A DNA stretch of 64,000 nucleotides from Escherichia phage vB_EcoM_VR25. Position 1 is the first letter of the stretch. Every line of letters starts with the position of its first letter. The notes beneath the pieces were generated by a model. The model did no database searches and was not told the origin of the DNA. It worked only from the letters and a program-made list of their open reading frames with translations. A program made the position numbers and the translations under genes. Of this stretch, positions 17,805 to 25,819 are shown in pieces. The stretch lies in sequence record NC_028925.1. One strand, given 5' to 3'.

Positions 17805-18359
17805 TTATGCGTTCATAGTTGGGATAACAGTGTTCAGGTATTTTACCAGAACTTTTAATTCGTCTTTAGTGAATACTACTTCAGCTTCACCATCGTGGGT
17901 CTGGATGATAGATAACATATCACGACCTTGATATTGGTAGACACTGAATTCAGTATTATAATCGCCTTCTTCATCACCTTCAAAGGTTTCGCTTGAATGC
18001 ATAATCGCATCACACCCAGGGATTTTCCACTCGAGCTCAGGTACACACTCTTCTTGGAAGAGTTTAAAAATTTTCTCTAAAAATTCTGAACGGTTTTTAA
18101 TGGATAAACAAGCCCATTCAGTTTCCAGATTAAAGCCATTTTCACCTCGATACAACCAAGCCGCAACTTCATCGTTAATTTTAAAGACACGATTATGAGT
18201 TCGAATATACTGCTCTGCATCAATAACAGACAACTTGTACAGGTTCTGAATATCTTGAATGGTTAAAACGACTGTATCATCTTCTTGTTTAAGCACGATT
18301 GCATTATCAATTACATCGGCAGTCAGGTCACCAAACAACCCAGATTTTTCAATAATCAT
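17805..18359 (-). CDS. Hypothetical acidic protein, 184 aa
   Basis: Track ORF, ATG start; first gene of the run ending with the NTase ORF. Confidence 0.5.
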   Translation of the reverse strand: MIIEKSGLFGDLTADVIDNAIVLKQEDDTVVLTIQDIQNLYKLSVIDAEQYIRTHNRVFKINDEVAAWLYRGENGFNLETEWACLSIKNRSEFLEKIFKLFQEECVPELEWKIPGCDAIMHSSETFEGDEEGDYNTEFSVYQYQGRDMLSIIQTHDGEAEVVFTKDELKVLVKYLNTVIPTMNA

Positions 18360-18371
18360 TTTAATTTCCTC

Positions 18372-18587
18372 TTAACGGTTATGTTTTAAAATACTATAAA
18401 GAGCTTCTACTTGGCTTGCATCCAGGTAAATAACATCATCATCTTGCTCAATGGAAATCCCACCGGTATTTCCTTCAACGAAATTACATTCACACACTTC
18501 AACGGTACGGTATACATCACCAGTCGGATGCTCAGGCTCCAGAACAATAATACCATTTTCAGAATTACCACTAGGGTCATATAACAT
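18372..18587 (-). CDS. Hypothetical protein, about 71 aa
   Basis: Track ORF 18372..18662 starts at TTG; in-frame ATG at 18587 has a GAGGAA SD at 6 nt spacing. Confidence 0.4.
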   Translation of the reverse strand: MLYDPSGNSENGIIVLEPEHPTGDVYRTVEVCECNFVEGNTGGISIEQDDDVIYLDASQVEALYSILKHNR

Positions 18588-18678
18588 TACAGTTTCCTCG
18601 CTAACCATGAAAAGAATAAACCAATTAAAACAGGCCCTACAGCCATTATTAACCAAGCCCAAGGTTCAAGATAGTAAA

Positions 18679-18936
18679 TCATCTCATGCTCCTATGCCAA
18701 CAGTTGCGTGGCTCACGTTTAAAAACTTTATCATGCATTGATTGACAACCAACACAATATATCACACCTTTAATCGCTTGTCTCCGCGCTTCAGGAATTT
18801 TTTCATCGCAGTCAAAACAGAATTCAGCAGACTCCCTTTCAACTGCAACCTGTGCTCTCGCATGGGTGATAGCGGCTTGTACAACCGCTTCCATCTCTAA
18901 CTGTTCAGCACCATCTTTTGCAAATCCAACAGCCAT
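18679..18936 (-). CDS. DksA/TraR-like C4 zinc-finger protein, 85 aa
   Basis: CFDCDEKIPEARRQAIKGVIYCVGCQ (CxxC-x17-CxxC) typical of the TraR/DksA family. Confidence 0.5.
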   Translation of the reverse strand: MAVGFAKDGAEQLEMEAVVQAAITHARAQVAVERESAEFCFDCDEKIPEARRQAIKGVIYCVGCQSMHDKVFKREPRNCWHRSMR

Positions 18937-19118
18937 TATGCTTTCAACCCATTCAGATATTCAACCAAATTAGCTTTAGAGCTATTCAAATCACGTTTGC
19001 ACTGCTCTATCCCAGAATATGAATATCCTTCGCAATGTTCAACAGCTAGTTCATATGAGTCAATTTCAATATCGCGAGCGAGTTTAATAATTTTTTCAAT
19101 TTGTTCTAAAGTAATCAT
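18936..19118 (-). CDS. Hypothetical protein, 60 aa
   Basis: Track ORF. Confidence 0.4.
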   Translation of the reverse strand: MITLEQIEKIIKLARDIEIDSYELAVEHCEGYSYSGIEQCKRDLNSSKANLVEYLNGLKA

Positions 19119-19121
19119 ATG

Positions 19122-19358
19122 TCACCAGTATTTGTTAATGGTAGAAATTAATTCTTGGACTTGAGTATTTTTCAGTTTACACCCGCAACTTTTTAATGTT
19201 TCTTTAAAAAGCTCAACCTCTTTAAGCTGTTCCTTTTCCAGGCGGATTCTGTACCCCCTGTAATCAGCAAATATACTTCTGTCATCAAATATCTTAATTT
19301 CAAGAATATGATTATTGGTTTCATATTCCAATGAAACCATTGTATTTGTAAGTTTCAT
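19122..19358 (-). CDS. Hypothetical protein, 78 aa
   Basis: Track ORF. Confidence 0.4.
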   Translation of the reverse strand: MKLTNTMVSLEYETNNHILEIKIFDDRSIFADYRGYRIRLEKEQLKEVELFKETLKSCGCKLKNTQVQELISTINKYW

Positions 19359-19561
19359 TATTCCACCACATATGATAATGAGAAAATTGCTGATGAAAGA
19401 TGAGTAGCATCTTCTTCACACAGTTCAAATGGAGCTTTCTGCAAGAGCTCAACCACTTCTTCATCAGTGGCACGGTCCATAAAGATTGCATAATCGTTAA
19501 GATAGATAACAACCTCATCACCAGTATTAACTGCATCAATCTTGATGTTCTTAATTCTCAT
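19358..19561 (-). CDS. Hypothetical protein, about 67 aa
   Basis: In-frame ATG at 19561 preceded by GAGGAG and the conserved promoter/leader cassette. Confidence 0.4.
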   Translation of the reverse strand: MRIKNIKIDAVNTGDEVVIYLNDYAIFMDRATDEEVVELLQKAPFELCEEDATHLSSAIFSLSYVVE

Positions 19562-19589
19562 TGTATTCTCCTCAGTAGTTGATGGGATA

Positions 19590-19619
19590 ATAGTACACCC
19601 TTTTGATGAGGATGTAAAC
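19590..19619 (-). promoter_or_regulatory. Early promoter cassette
   Basis: Minus strand GTTTAC-18 nt-TACTAT followed by leader TATCCCATCAACTACTGAGGAG. Confidence 0.5.
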
Positions 19620-19629
19620 CCCCTAAATG

Positions 19630-19656
19630 AAAAAAGGTCCACCCGAAGGCAGACCT
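19630..19656 (-). terminator. Putative rho-independent terminator
   Basis: Imperfect GC-rich hairpin AGGTCTGCC-TTCG-GGTGGACCT followed by U5 on the minus-strand transcript, right after the stop at 19663. Confidence 0.5.
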
Positions 19657-19662
19657 TTTGAA

Positions 19663-20046
19663 TTACTCTAATGTTAACAGGTACTTGGTTTGAAAGAAAA
19701 CGCCAACGATATCGTCCAGAGTCGATTGAATAGCCTTTGGTACAACTTTATAGACTCTTTCAGAGCTTTTAATCATTTCATCTAAAAACAAAATTGTATC
19801 TTTCGGCAAGTCCGAGGCGGACGGTAATGCAGCTTTGTATTGTTTCCCACTGTAACCTAACCATTGTTCACTGAACTGGTCGAGTGGACCTTGGATTTCT
19901 GTGAAGTAGAAATCATAAGCTTTATGGCGGGCATAACTTTTGGTTTCAAGATGGGCAGATTTAAAATAAGCCAAAGAGACTAATAGCCACCCAATGTATG
20001 AATCCACCTCAGACCCACGACCTGTTACGAAATCATCGAATTTCAT
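19663..20046 (-). CDS. Hypothetical protein, 127 aa
   Basis: Track ORF. Confidence 0.45.
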   Translation of the reverse strand: MKFDDFVTGRGSEVDSYIGWLLVSLAYFKSAHLETKSYARHKAYDFYFTEIQGPLDQFSEQWLGYSGKQYKAALPSASDLPKDTILFLDEMIKSSERVYKVVPKAIQSTLDDIVGVFFQTKYLLTLE

Positions 20047-20377
20047 CTTCCAATTTTACCTTCATTAATTTAGCGTATTCGACTGCAGCAGCCCGGCCAT
20101 CAATTTGACATGTGATTTCATTTACACATTGACTCTTATTGTTCCATTCAGTTTTAATAAAAGCCCAAAATTGTTCGGACTGCTCGACGCTGGGTTCTTT
20201 GAATTGCGAATAGATTTGCATCGCACTATCTGCGTACTGGGTAAATTTACCATCTGTAGCAGAGGACATATTTGGGCCTAAACAGCCCATTAGTAATAGA
20301 CTTAGAGAAAGTCCTCGAATAAGGTCCATAAAGGACTCCTTATTGTTGGTCATGATTACGCTTTGCAGCCTTAACAT
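20033..20377 (-). CDS. Putative lipoprotein/secreted protein, about 100-114 aa
   Basis: Hydrophobic N-terminal segment LSLSLLLMGC with lipobox-like LMGC; lies near tk where T4 carries the rI genes. Confidence 0.4.
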   Translation of the reverse strand: MLRLQSVIMTNNKESFMDLIRGLSLSLLLMGCLGPNMSSATDGKFTQYADSAMQIYSQFKEPSVEQSEQFWAFIKTEWNNKSQCVNEITCQIDGRAAAVEYAKLMKVKLEDEIR

Positions 20378-20403
20378 AGCGGAATACTAGTTAGTAACTG
20401 TAT

Positions 20404-20679
20404 TTATAATCTTTTAAACTTGAAACAATATATTGCAAATAAATCAGAAAAATGTCTATCAACCCATATTCTTTGCACTGGGCTAGTAACAGTCAGCATA
20501 TAATGTGCTTTTTGTAAATTTATTCCATTTTTATTCGGGCATTCTTTATTAACAGAATGGTACGTGCTTGCTACTATTTCAATTTCCCTTTCATATCTCT
20601 CGCTATCTGTTTGTGTGGGGATAAATGCAATTCCAGCAATAACAAAAATAGAGATATACGTCCAAATCTTATATATCAT
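20404..20679 (-). CDS. Membrane-anchored protein, 91 aa
   Basis: N-terminal hydrophobic helix WTYISIFVIAGIAFIP then a soluble Cys-containing domain. Confidence 0.45.
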   Translation of the reverse strand: MIYKIWTYISIFVIAGIAFIPTQTDSERYEREIEIVASTYHSVNKECPNKNGINLQKAHYMLTVTSPVQRIWVDRHFSDLFAIYCFKFKRL

Positions 20680-20686
20680 AAGGACC

Positions 20687-21259
20687 TCAGCTTGTCAATT
20701 CGAGCCAATGTTTCCTGCATAAAGATACGTACGATTCATTCCCACCGACTAACACTTGCTCGCCGTCCTTTACAGCAGCACCGTCGATTACTCGAGCGGT
20801 CATGGTTGCTTTCCGGCCGCAATGGCAGACGCCCTTTAATTCAACCAGTTTATCCGAAATAGCCAGAAGTCTGGCTGAACCGGGAAATAACTGACCCCGA
20901 AAATCTGTTCTTAGCCCGTAACACATAACGGGGATATTGTAATTATCAACCACTCGTGCTAACTGGTCAATTTGCTCTGGTAACAAAAATTGAGCTTCAT
21001 CAACCAGGACACAATGGATATCCTTTTGAGACTCGGCCCATTTATAGAATTCAAACAGGTTCATGTCGGCCGTTACCAGGTTTGCTTCCTGGCTAATACC
21101 AATACGTGATTTAATTTCAGATTCCGAGTCCCGATTATCAATAACAGGTTTTAGCAAAAGCACACTCATTCCACGCTCTTTATAGGAATAAGCTGCAGTC
21201 AGCAATGAAGCTGTTTTGCCTGCATTCATTGCTGCGTAATGATAAATTAAACTCGCCAT
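20687..21259 (-). CDS. tk: Thymidine kinase
   Basis: 190 aa, ATG start; MASLIYHYAAMNAGKTASLL (P-loop) and CHCGRKA zinc motif; very similar to T4 Tk. Confidence 0.95.
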   Translation of the reverse strand: MASLIYHYAAMNAGKTASLLTAAYSYKERGMSVLLLKPVIDNRDSESEIKSRIGISQEANLVTADMNLFEFYKWAESQKDIHCVLVDEAQFLLPEQIDQLARVVDNYNIPVMCYGLRTDFRGQLFPGSARLLAISDKLVELKGVCHCGRKATMTARVIDGAAVKDGEQVLVGGNESYVSLCRKHWLELTS

Positions 21260-21268
21260 ATCACCTTC

Positions 21269-21454
21269 TTATTCTGTAATACTTTCCAGATAATTTTCTA
21301 AATCGTCTGAAGCCTTATTAAGGGCTTCTAGCGCTTTATAATAGTCTTCACGGGAGTAATATTCTGTATGAAGTTCTTCGTCGTATTCGCTTTTAGCATC
21401 AACAACAGTTTCAATCATATCCAGAATTTTATTTTTCTGTTCTTTAGTAATCAT
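21269..21454 (-). CDS. Hypothetical acidic protein, 61 aa
   Basis: Track ORF (tk.x-type). Confidence 0.4.
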   Translation of the reverse strand: MITKEQKNKILDMIETVVDAKSEYDEELHTEYYSREDYYKALEALNKASDDLENYLESITE

Positions 21455-21462
21455 AATATACC

Positions 21463-21666
21463 TTAAAGAGTATTCACATAAGCAATAAGCTCGTTTTCTT
21501 TCTTATCAAACTGTTCGGCGATTTTTTCGTAATCTTCAGCGCTCACAGGACCCCATTCATCGTATGATTGCATTCCAGAATTCTCTTCTAGAAGCTCATG
21601 GATAAGCTCAAACAATCTACTTTTCTGACTAATACTTAAACTCATAACCATTGCACCTTTAAACAA
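21463..21666 (-). CDS. Hypothetical protein, 67 aa
   Basis: Track ORF. Confidence 0.4.
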   Translation of the reverse strand: MFKGAMVMSLSISQKSRLFELIHELLEENSGMQSYDEWGPVSAEDYEKIAEQFDKKENELIAYVNTL

Positions 21667-21860
21667 TATTCATCTACGTGTTGGACACGTTTGTTTTTGT
21701 CAATAAAAGTATATTCAACATACTCGCCGATATACCACTTATCTACGTTGTGAGGACTTTTTATAGGACACTTGGTTATCCGTGTTTCGGACCAGTGTCG
21801 AATAATTGTAGCTTTGTTTTTAGGGTCAAATGGGTGTGGATAATGTGCTTTCATAATCAA
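21642..21860 (-). CDS. Hypothetical protein, 72 aa
   Basis: Track ORF. Confidence 0.4.
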   Translation of the reverse strand: MIMKAHYPHPFDPKNKATIIRHWSETRITKCPIKSPHNVDKWYIGEYVEYTFIDKNKRVQHVDEYCLKVQWL

Positions 21861-22305
21861 CTACCACCAAATCAATATCAGGAGTAAACATATCAATTAA
21901 CCGGGAAACCTTATCCCAATCACCACCTGCAATACCACAGCCAATCCTGGGAATATAAATCACAGGCTTGAACAAAAGGGATTCTGCTTGTCGATTTAAT
22001 TCTATCATGCAATTTACTAAAGCGCCATAATCCAGATTTGGACCCGGTTCATACTGGGTATAAAGGTTATAGCACATACCAAATCCAGTTGGCTTATGTT
22101 TAAAAACGATAGACATATCACCGAGTTTTTCTCGGGAACCGTATTCAGTTGATGTTTTATCCATTTCTAAAATTTTTGGGTAAGCCTTTGCCAGTTGGCC
22201 AGCAACGCCTGACCCCATTGTATGGAAACAATTACAGCCATGAGCTATGATGTTTCCTTCAAGAAAGAGGGCGACAATATCGCCCTTAATATAGTTAACA
22301 ATCAT
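21826..22305 (-). CDS. Macro-domain (ADP-ribose-binding/processing) protein, 159 aa
   Basis: ATG start; KGDIVAL...IIAHGCNCFHTMGSGVAGQLAKAYP and IPRIGCGIAGGDW resemble macro-domain diphosphate-binding loops. Confidence 0.55.
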   Translation of the reverse strand: MIVNYIKGDIVALFLEGNIIAHGCNCFHTMGSGVAGQLAKAYPKILEMDKTSTEYGSREKLGDMSIVFKHKPTGFGMCYNLYTQYEPGPNLDYGALVNCMIELNRQAESLLFKPVIYIPRIGCGIAGGDWDKVSRLIDMFTPDIDLVVVDYESTLSTPI

Positions 22306-22661
22306 TTAGAGTTCAATCCTCTGTTATAGGAATCGACTAACCTGTCAACCATACTGGTGCAGGCCGCTTTATATTTGGCACTCGACAGAATACAATCCAT
22401 TTCAAATAGTTTCTTTTCATATTTGTTGGATAAAATACTCTTTTTCATAAGAGTGTGTTCAACATCATTTTGACCGTCTTTATATGCAGCAGTGAGTTTG
22501 GCACTGAACTGGATTACACAATCCACATTGCTTGATGCGCAATAATCTTTGGCCGTCCTCGTTGCATATTCTATGATGCTATTATTATCATCGCTCTGTA
22601 CTGAAGCTATTCCTCCCGTGCTGAATACTAACCCTATGGCTAAAGTTATGACTCTTACCAT
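22302..22661 (-). CDS. Secreted/periplasmic Cys-containing protein, 119 aa
   Basis: ATG start; N-terminal MVRVITLAIGLVFSTGGIASV signal-peptide-like segment; four Cys in the mature part. Confidence 0.5.
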   Translation of the reverse strand: MVRVITLAIGLVFSTGGIASVQSDDNNSIIEYATRTAKDYCASSNVDCVIQFSAKLTAAYKDGQNDVEHTLMKKSILSNKYEKKLFEMDCILSSAKYKAACTSMVDRLVDSYNRGLNSK

Positions 22662-23204
22662 TTAATCCACCGTTTTTAATAGGCCTCGTGATTTTAAGTA
22701 GTTAGCTTTTTCTAGGACTTGCGAAGCATACGTGTTTCCAGCTTTCACATTCCACCCTGCGTTATATGATGATAGTGTTTTTCTTATGTCCCCCTTGTGA
22801 ATGTTTAACCAGTATGAAAACTCAATATAAGCCCAGCGTGCACTGTTCTCTCTCTTGCTTATCATCTTGATTATTTCTTTATCTGTCATTGTCCACCCAA
22901 CCTGTTTTACGCGCTCGCGCACGGTTGGAAGATAATTTTGGAATATACCATATGCATGATGCTTATCTTTATTTAATCCTGTATTAACACCAGCAGATGA
23001 TTCCTGCCAGGTTAAACCAGCCATGATATATCCCAAACCATTATGTTGGTGCGGATTTTCTTTGTACTTACCATTTTTCTGGAACTGTTCTCCAAACGCA
23101 TAAGCATATTGGAGGTTCTCCATTTGTTCATTACTGAAAGTAGGCTCTACGCTATGGGCAGACATACTAACTGTCAATAGTAAAGTGGCTATTACTTTTT
23201 TCAT
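22662..23204 (-). CDS. Secreted lytic transglycosylase-like (SLT domain) protein, 180 aa
   Basis: ATG start; signal peptide MKKVIATLLLTVSMSAHS; SLT motifs TWQESS (catalytic E-S), HAYGIFQ, SSYNAGWN. Confidence 0.55.
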   Translation of the reverse strand: MKKVIATLLLTVSMSAHSVEPTFSNEQMENLQYAYAFGEQFQKNGKYKENPHQHNGLGYIMAGLTWQESSAGVNTGLNKDKHHAYGIFQNYLPTVRERVKQVGWTMTDKEIIKMISKRENSARWAYIEFSYWLNIHKGDIRKTLSSYNAGWNVKAGNTYASQVLEKANYLKSRGLLKTVD

Positions 23205-23214
23205 GAATTCCCCA

Positions 23215-23673
23215 TTAGATATAAATCACTTTTGTGCTAATTTTTCCTTCCAGACGATTAGAGTTAACAAACGCCATACGACAACACATGGTTGGAGACT
23301 TCCCAGGAAGAGCTGGGTTAACTGTCATTCCTAACCATAAGTTCTTGTCTGTGATTTCCAGACGAAGTGGACGGTAGTTCACATTCGGGTCAATTTGTGC
23401 TTCAACTTCCGGGAGTGGTTTCATCTCCAGGAATTCAACAATTTCTTTTACATGTGGTGTGATTTTTCCAAACAAGTCAAAAACATATTGTTCGTCAATT
23501 TCACGTTGGATTGCACGGTCCAACAGGTGTGGACTGTACTTAATGAAGAATGCTTCAAGGCCTGCTTCTTTACAAGCCTTGTTGATAGCATTATTAATTT
23601 TGAGGAACTCCGTTTCAAAAATACGACGAAGTTTATTGCGGCGAATGTAAACACTTGAATCGATAGTAGTCAT
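23215..23673 (-). CDS. regB: RegB site-specific endoribonuclease
   Basis: ATG at 23673 preceded by AAGGAG; MTTIDSSVYIRRNKLRRIFETEF...SPHLLDRAIQREIDEQYVF... closely matches T4 RegB; track ORF starts further up at GTG. Confidence 0.85.
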   Translation of the reverse strand: MTTIDSSVYIRRNKLRRIFETEFLKINNAINKACKEAGLEAFFIKYSPHLLDRAIQREIDEQYVFDLFGKITPHVKEIVEFLEMKPLPEVEAQIDPNVNYRPLRLEITDKNLWLGMTVNPALPGKSPTMCCRMAFVNSNRLEGKISTKVIYI

Positions 23674-23700
23674 GATTATCTCCTTTTGTTTGATGGGATA

Positions 23701-23730
23701 ATCATAACTCATTTCAACCTGCTTGTACAC
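23701..23730 (-). promoter_or_regulatory. Early promoter cassette upstream of regB
   Basis: Minus strand GTGTAC-18 nt-TATGAT then leader TATCCCATCAAACAAAAGGAG. Confidence 0.5.
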
Positions 23731-24035
23731 TATTCTTTAAAACGAATTAGCTTATTTAATGACTGTGAGACTTCAGCACGAACAGCGTGTAAATTCTTAA
23801 GCTGTTCAAGGCGTTGCTCGTAGTAAGCAATTTCATCTTCTTCAAGACAGTCGTTTGAATCTTCTTTAAGATAGTTCCCGTAGTCCTGAAAGGCCTTACG
23901 AATAACTTCCTGGAAATCATCTAGACTTTGAATTTTTGGCTGTTTCGATGTGAATCCAAACGGATTGGAATCATTTATGCGGCGTTGAGAAGCGGTTGAT
24001 AACTCATAACCAAAACCAGAATTAATCTGCGCCAT
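23730..24035 (-). CDS. Hypothetical protein, about 101 aa
   Basis: Track ORF 23730..24077 starts at GTG; first ATG at 24035 ([16 protein letters not shown]...). Confidence 0.45.
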   Translation of the reverse strand: MAQINSGFGYELSTASQRRINDSNPFGFTSKQPKIQSLDDFQEVIRKAFQDYGNYLKEDSNDCLEEDEIAYYEQRLEQLKNLHAVRAEVSQSLNKLIRFKE

Positions 24036-24298
24036 TAGTATTTTTCCTCGGGTCGAAATACTGCACGACATGCCCACATGCTGGCTTCTTTTAGATGTTG
24101 CTTAGCATACTTAAGAGCCTGCACTGCATCCATATCTTCTTTGGTTTGTTGCTCTGTTTCATTTTCTTTCAAGATATATGCTTCTTCAATCAGAGCATCA
24201 AACATCAATCCAAGACGAACTTCTGCATCTTTAATAGCGTTCACTTTACCGATTTTATCGTCGGTATGTGGCTTGTAACCTTTGATATCTTCAATCAT
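24035..24298 (-). CDS. Hypothetical protein, 87 aa (vs.4-position ORF)
   Basis: Track ORF, ATG start; second ORF downstream of regB. Confidence 0.45.
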   Translation of the reverse strand: MIEDIKGYKPHTDDKIGKVNAIKDAEVRLGLMFDALIEEAYILKENETEQQTKEDMDAVQALKYAKQHLKEASMWACRAVFRPEEKY

Positions 24299-24528
24299 TT
24301 CACTTCCTCGCCAGTTGCGATATCATATTCCACCAAACGAAGGCCGTCGGTCCAACCCTGAACGGAGATATAGGTAGTTGGGTAAACCAGTTCTTTACCG
24401 TTCCATTGACCGCCGTCCCAGACTTCCAGAAAGTCTTGTTCACCTGGACCATTAAACCATTCAACGAATCTTTTCAAGGCTGCATCAGAGCCTTCAATCG
24501 TCAGTTTAGACATATTTTTTCCAGTCAC
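24295..24528 (-). CDS. Hypothetical protein, 72-77 aa
   Basis: Track ORF starts at GTG 24528; alternative ATG at 24513. Confidence 0.4.
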   Translation of the reverse strand: MTGKNMSKLTIEGSDAALKRFVEWFNGPGEQDFLEVWDGGQWNGKELVYPTTYISVQGWTDGLRLVEYDIATGEEVK

Positions 24529-24802
24529 TAATTAATCGCACATCCTGGTCATACGTCAGGAGGCTACGAGTTATAATACCCTTACATGGTCCAGAAATAA
24601 ATTCCAGAGTAAAGTAAGGAACCAACTTCATCAAGCGAATACTCGGAGCAGTGCAACGAAATCTGGACCCAATAAAAGGTCCAGACAAAAACACATACTC
24701 AAAGAAATTTGCTTTATTAAAGATTTCAAAATTCTTTACGAAATCTTCAGACCTAACCTTTGGAATAAAATAGATTTGGTCAAAAAGCTCTTCATGAGTC
24801 AT
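24506..24802 (-). CDS. Hypothetical protein, 98 aa
   Basis: Track ORF, ATG start; every codon checked against the sequence. Confidence 0.5.
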   Translation of the reverse strand: MTHEELFDQIYFIPKVRSEDFVKNFEIFNKANFFEYVFLSGPFIGSRFRCTAPSIRLMKLVPYFTLEFISGPCKGIITRSLLTYDQDVRLISDWKKYV

Positions 24803-25329
24803 TATTGCATTCCTATCACAAAGAATAACGGCAAAGGCTTATCACCTTGACACATAAATTTATTCATCATTACCTGATAAGCTTCATAGAACTTATCCAT
24901 TGCAGGGAGGCGAATAGGTTCTTCAATAATGATTAAAAGACGCGTAAAACGCAATCCACGGTACTTATGGAAATTATCTTCATCAAGGAAACTGCGTACA
25001 GTATCATAGACAACGAATCCAGGTCGTTCAACTTGAAGATGTGGTTGTGCCTTAGAAACCCGCTTTATTATATCACAGATTTCTCGGGAGCGATGTGAAG
25101 AACTCGACATAACAATCACATCATTACCCTTGGAAACCCAATCCGCAGCGAACTGTGCAAGGGCACTTGTTTTACCTGTTTGACGACCACCATCAAGTCG
25201 AAGAGTACCAAACTCTTGCATTCTTGAAGCAGGTTCATACCAGGTGTATTGGTCTGAATCTAAGCGTTCAATGGCGCGTTCAGCGAAGGCGTGCATTAAG
25301 GTTAGATAAATTGGAGTTAAAAATTTCAT
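24802..25329 (-). CDS. P-loop NTPase-like protein, 175 aa
   Basis: Walker A-like GGRQTGKTS and Walker B-like hydrophobic strand LLIIIEEP. Confidence 0.45.
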   Translation of the reverse strand: MKFLTPIYLTLMHAFAERAIERLDSDQYTWYEPASRMQEFGTLRLDGGRQTGKTSALAQFAADWVSKGNDVIVMSSSSHRSREICDIIKRVSKAQPHLQVERPGFVVYDTVRSFLDEDNFHKYRGLRFTRLLIIIEEPIRLPAMDKFYEAYQVMMNKFMCQGDKPLPLFFVIGMQ

Positions 25330-25490
25330 AGTTGTCTCTTAGTTGTAGGGCCATTCCTTGGCACATTAATTCGTCCATGTATCCGAATGTAAACCCCTTA
25401 CCGCACTCGGGCTCGACCTTATTACAGGTAGGGAAGGGTCCATCACTCAGAGGACACGACGTTCATGAGGAGAGGGTCGGTTTGCCTTTA

Positions 25491-25790
25491 TTAAAAAGAA
25501 CCAGAGCCTTTAATTGTGTTCTGGCGACCTTTATTTTCGAATTCAGAATGGTCGATTTCGTATGCTTGTGCTACGCCAAAGGCCTTTTTAACTTTAGATA
25601 AAGAACCTTTAGATGTAACAATATTAAAAGTATTGCCTTTGGTAAAATCAACCAAATCCACTTGCACACCCTGTTTACCGAGGCTTGCTACAATAGCATC
25701 AACATATTGTTGGTCTAAATTGCCTTGAACCCCAATTTGAAATGCTTTAGGAACTTTGGCTTCTGTGATAAATTCTTGATAAGTTAACAT
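25491..25790 (-). CDS. Internal-protein-like protein with N-terminal capsid targeting sequence (CTS), 99 aa
   Basis: Starts MLTYQEFITE, matching the T4 IP capsid targeting sequence MKTYQEFIAE; ATG start. Confidence 0.6.
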   Translation of the reverse strand: MLTYQEFITEAKVPKAFQIGVQGNLDQQYVDAIVASLGKQGVQVDLVDFTKGNTFNIVTSKGSLSKVKKAFGVAQAYEIDHSEFENKGRQNTIKGSGSF

Positions 25791-25819
25791 TATACACTAT
25801 CCCATCATAAAGTAAACAG

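Noticed and set aside
18372-18662. Full-length 96-aa track ORF starting at 18662
   Set aside because: The first codon is TTG and the N-terminal 25 residues look like out-of-context hydrophobic sequence; an in-frame ATG at 18587 has a good SD, so the shorter ORF was annotated.
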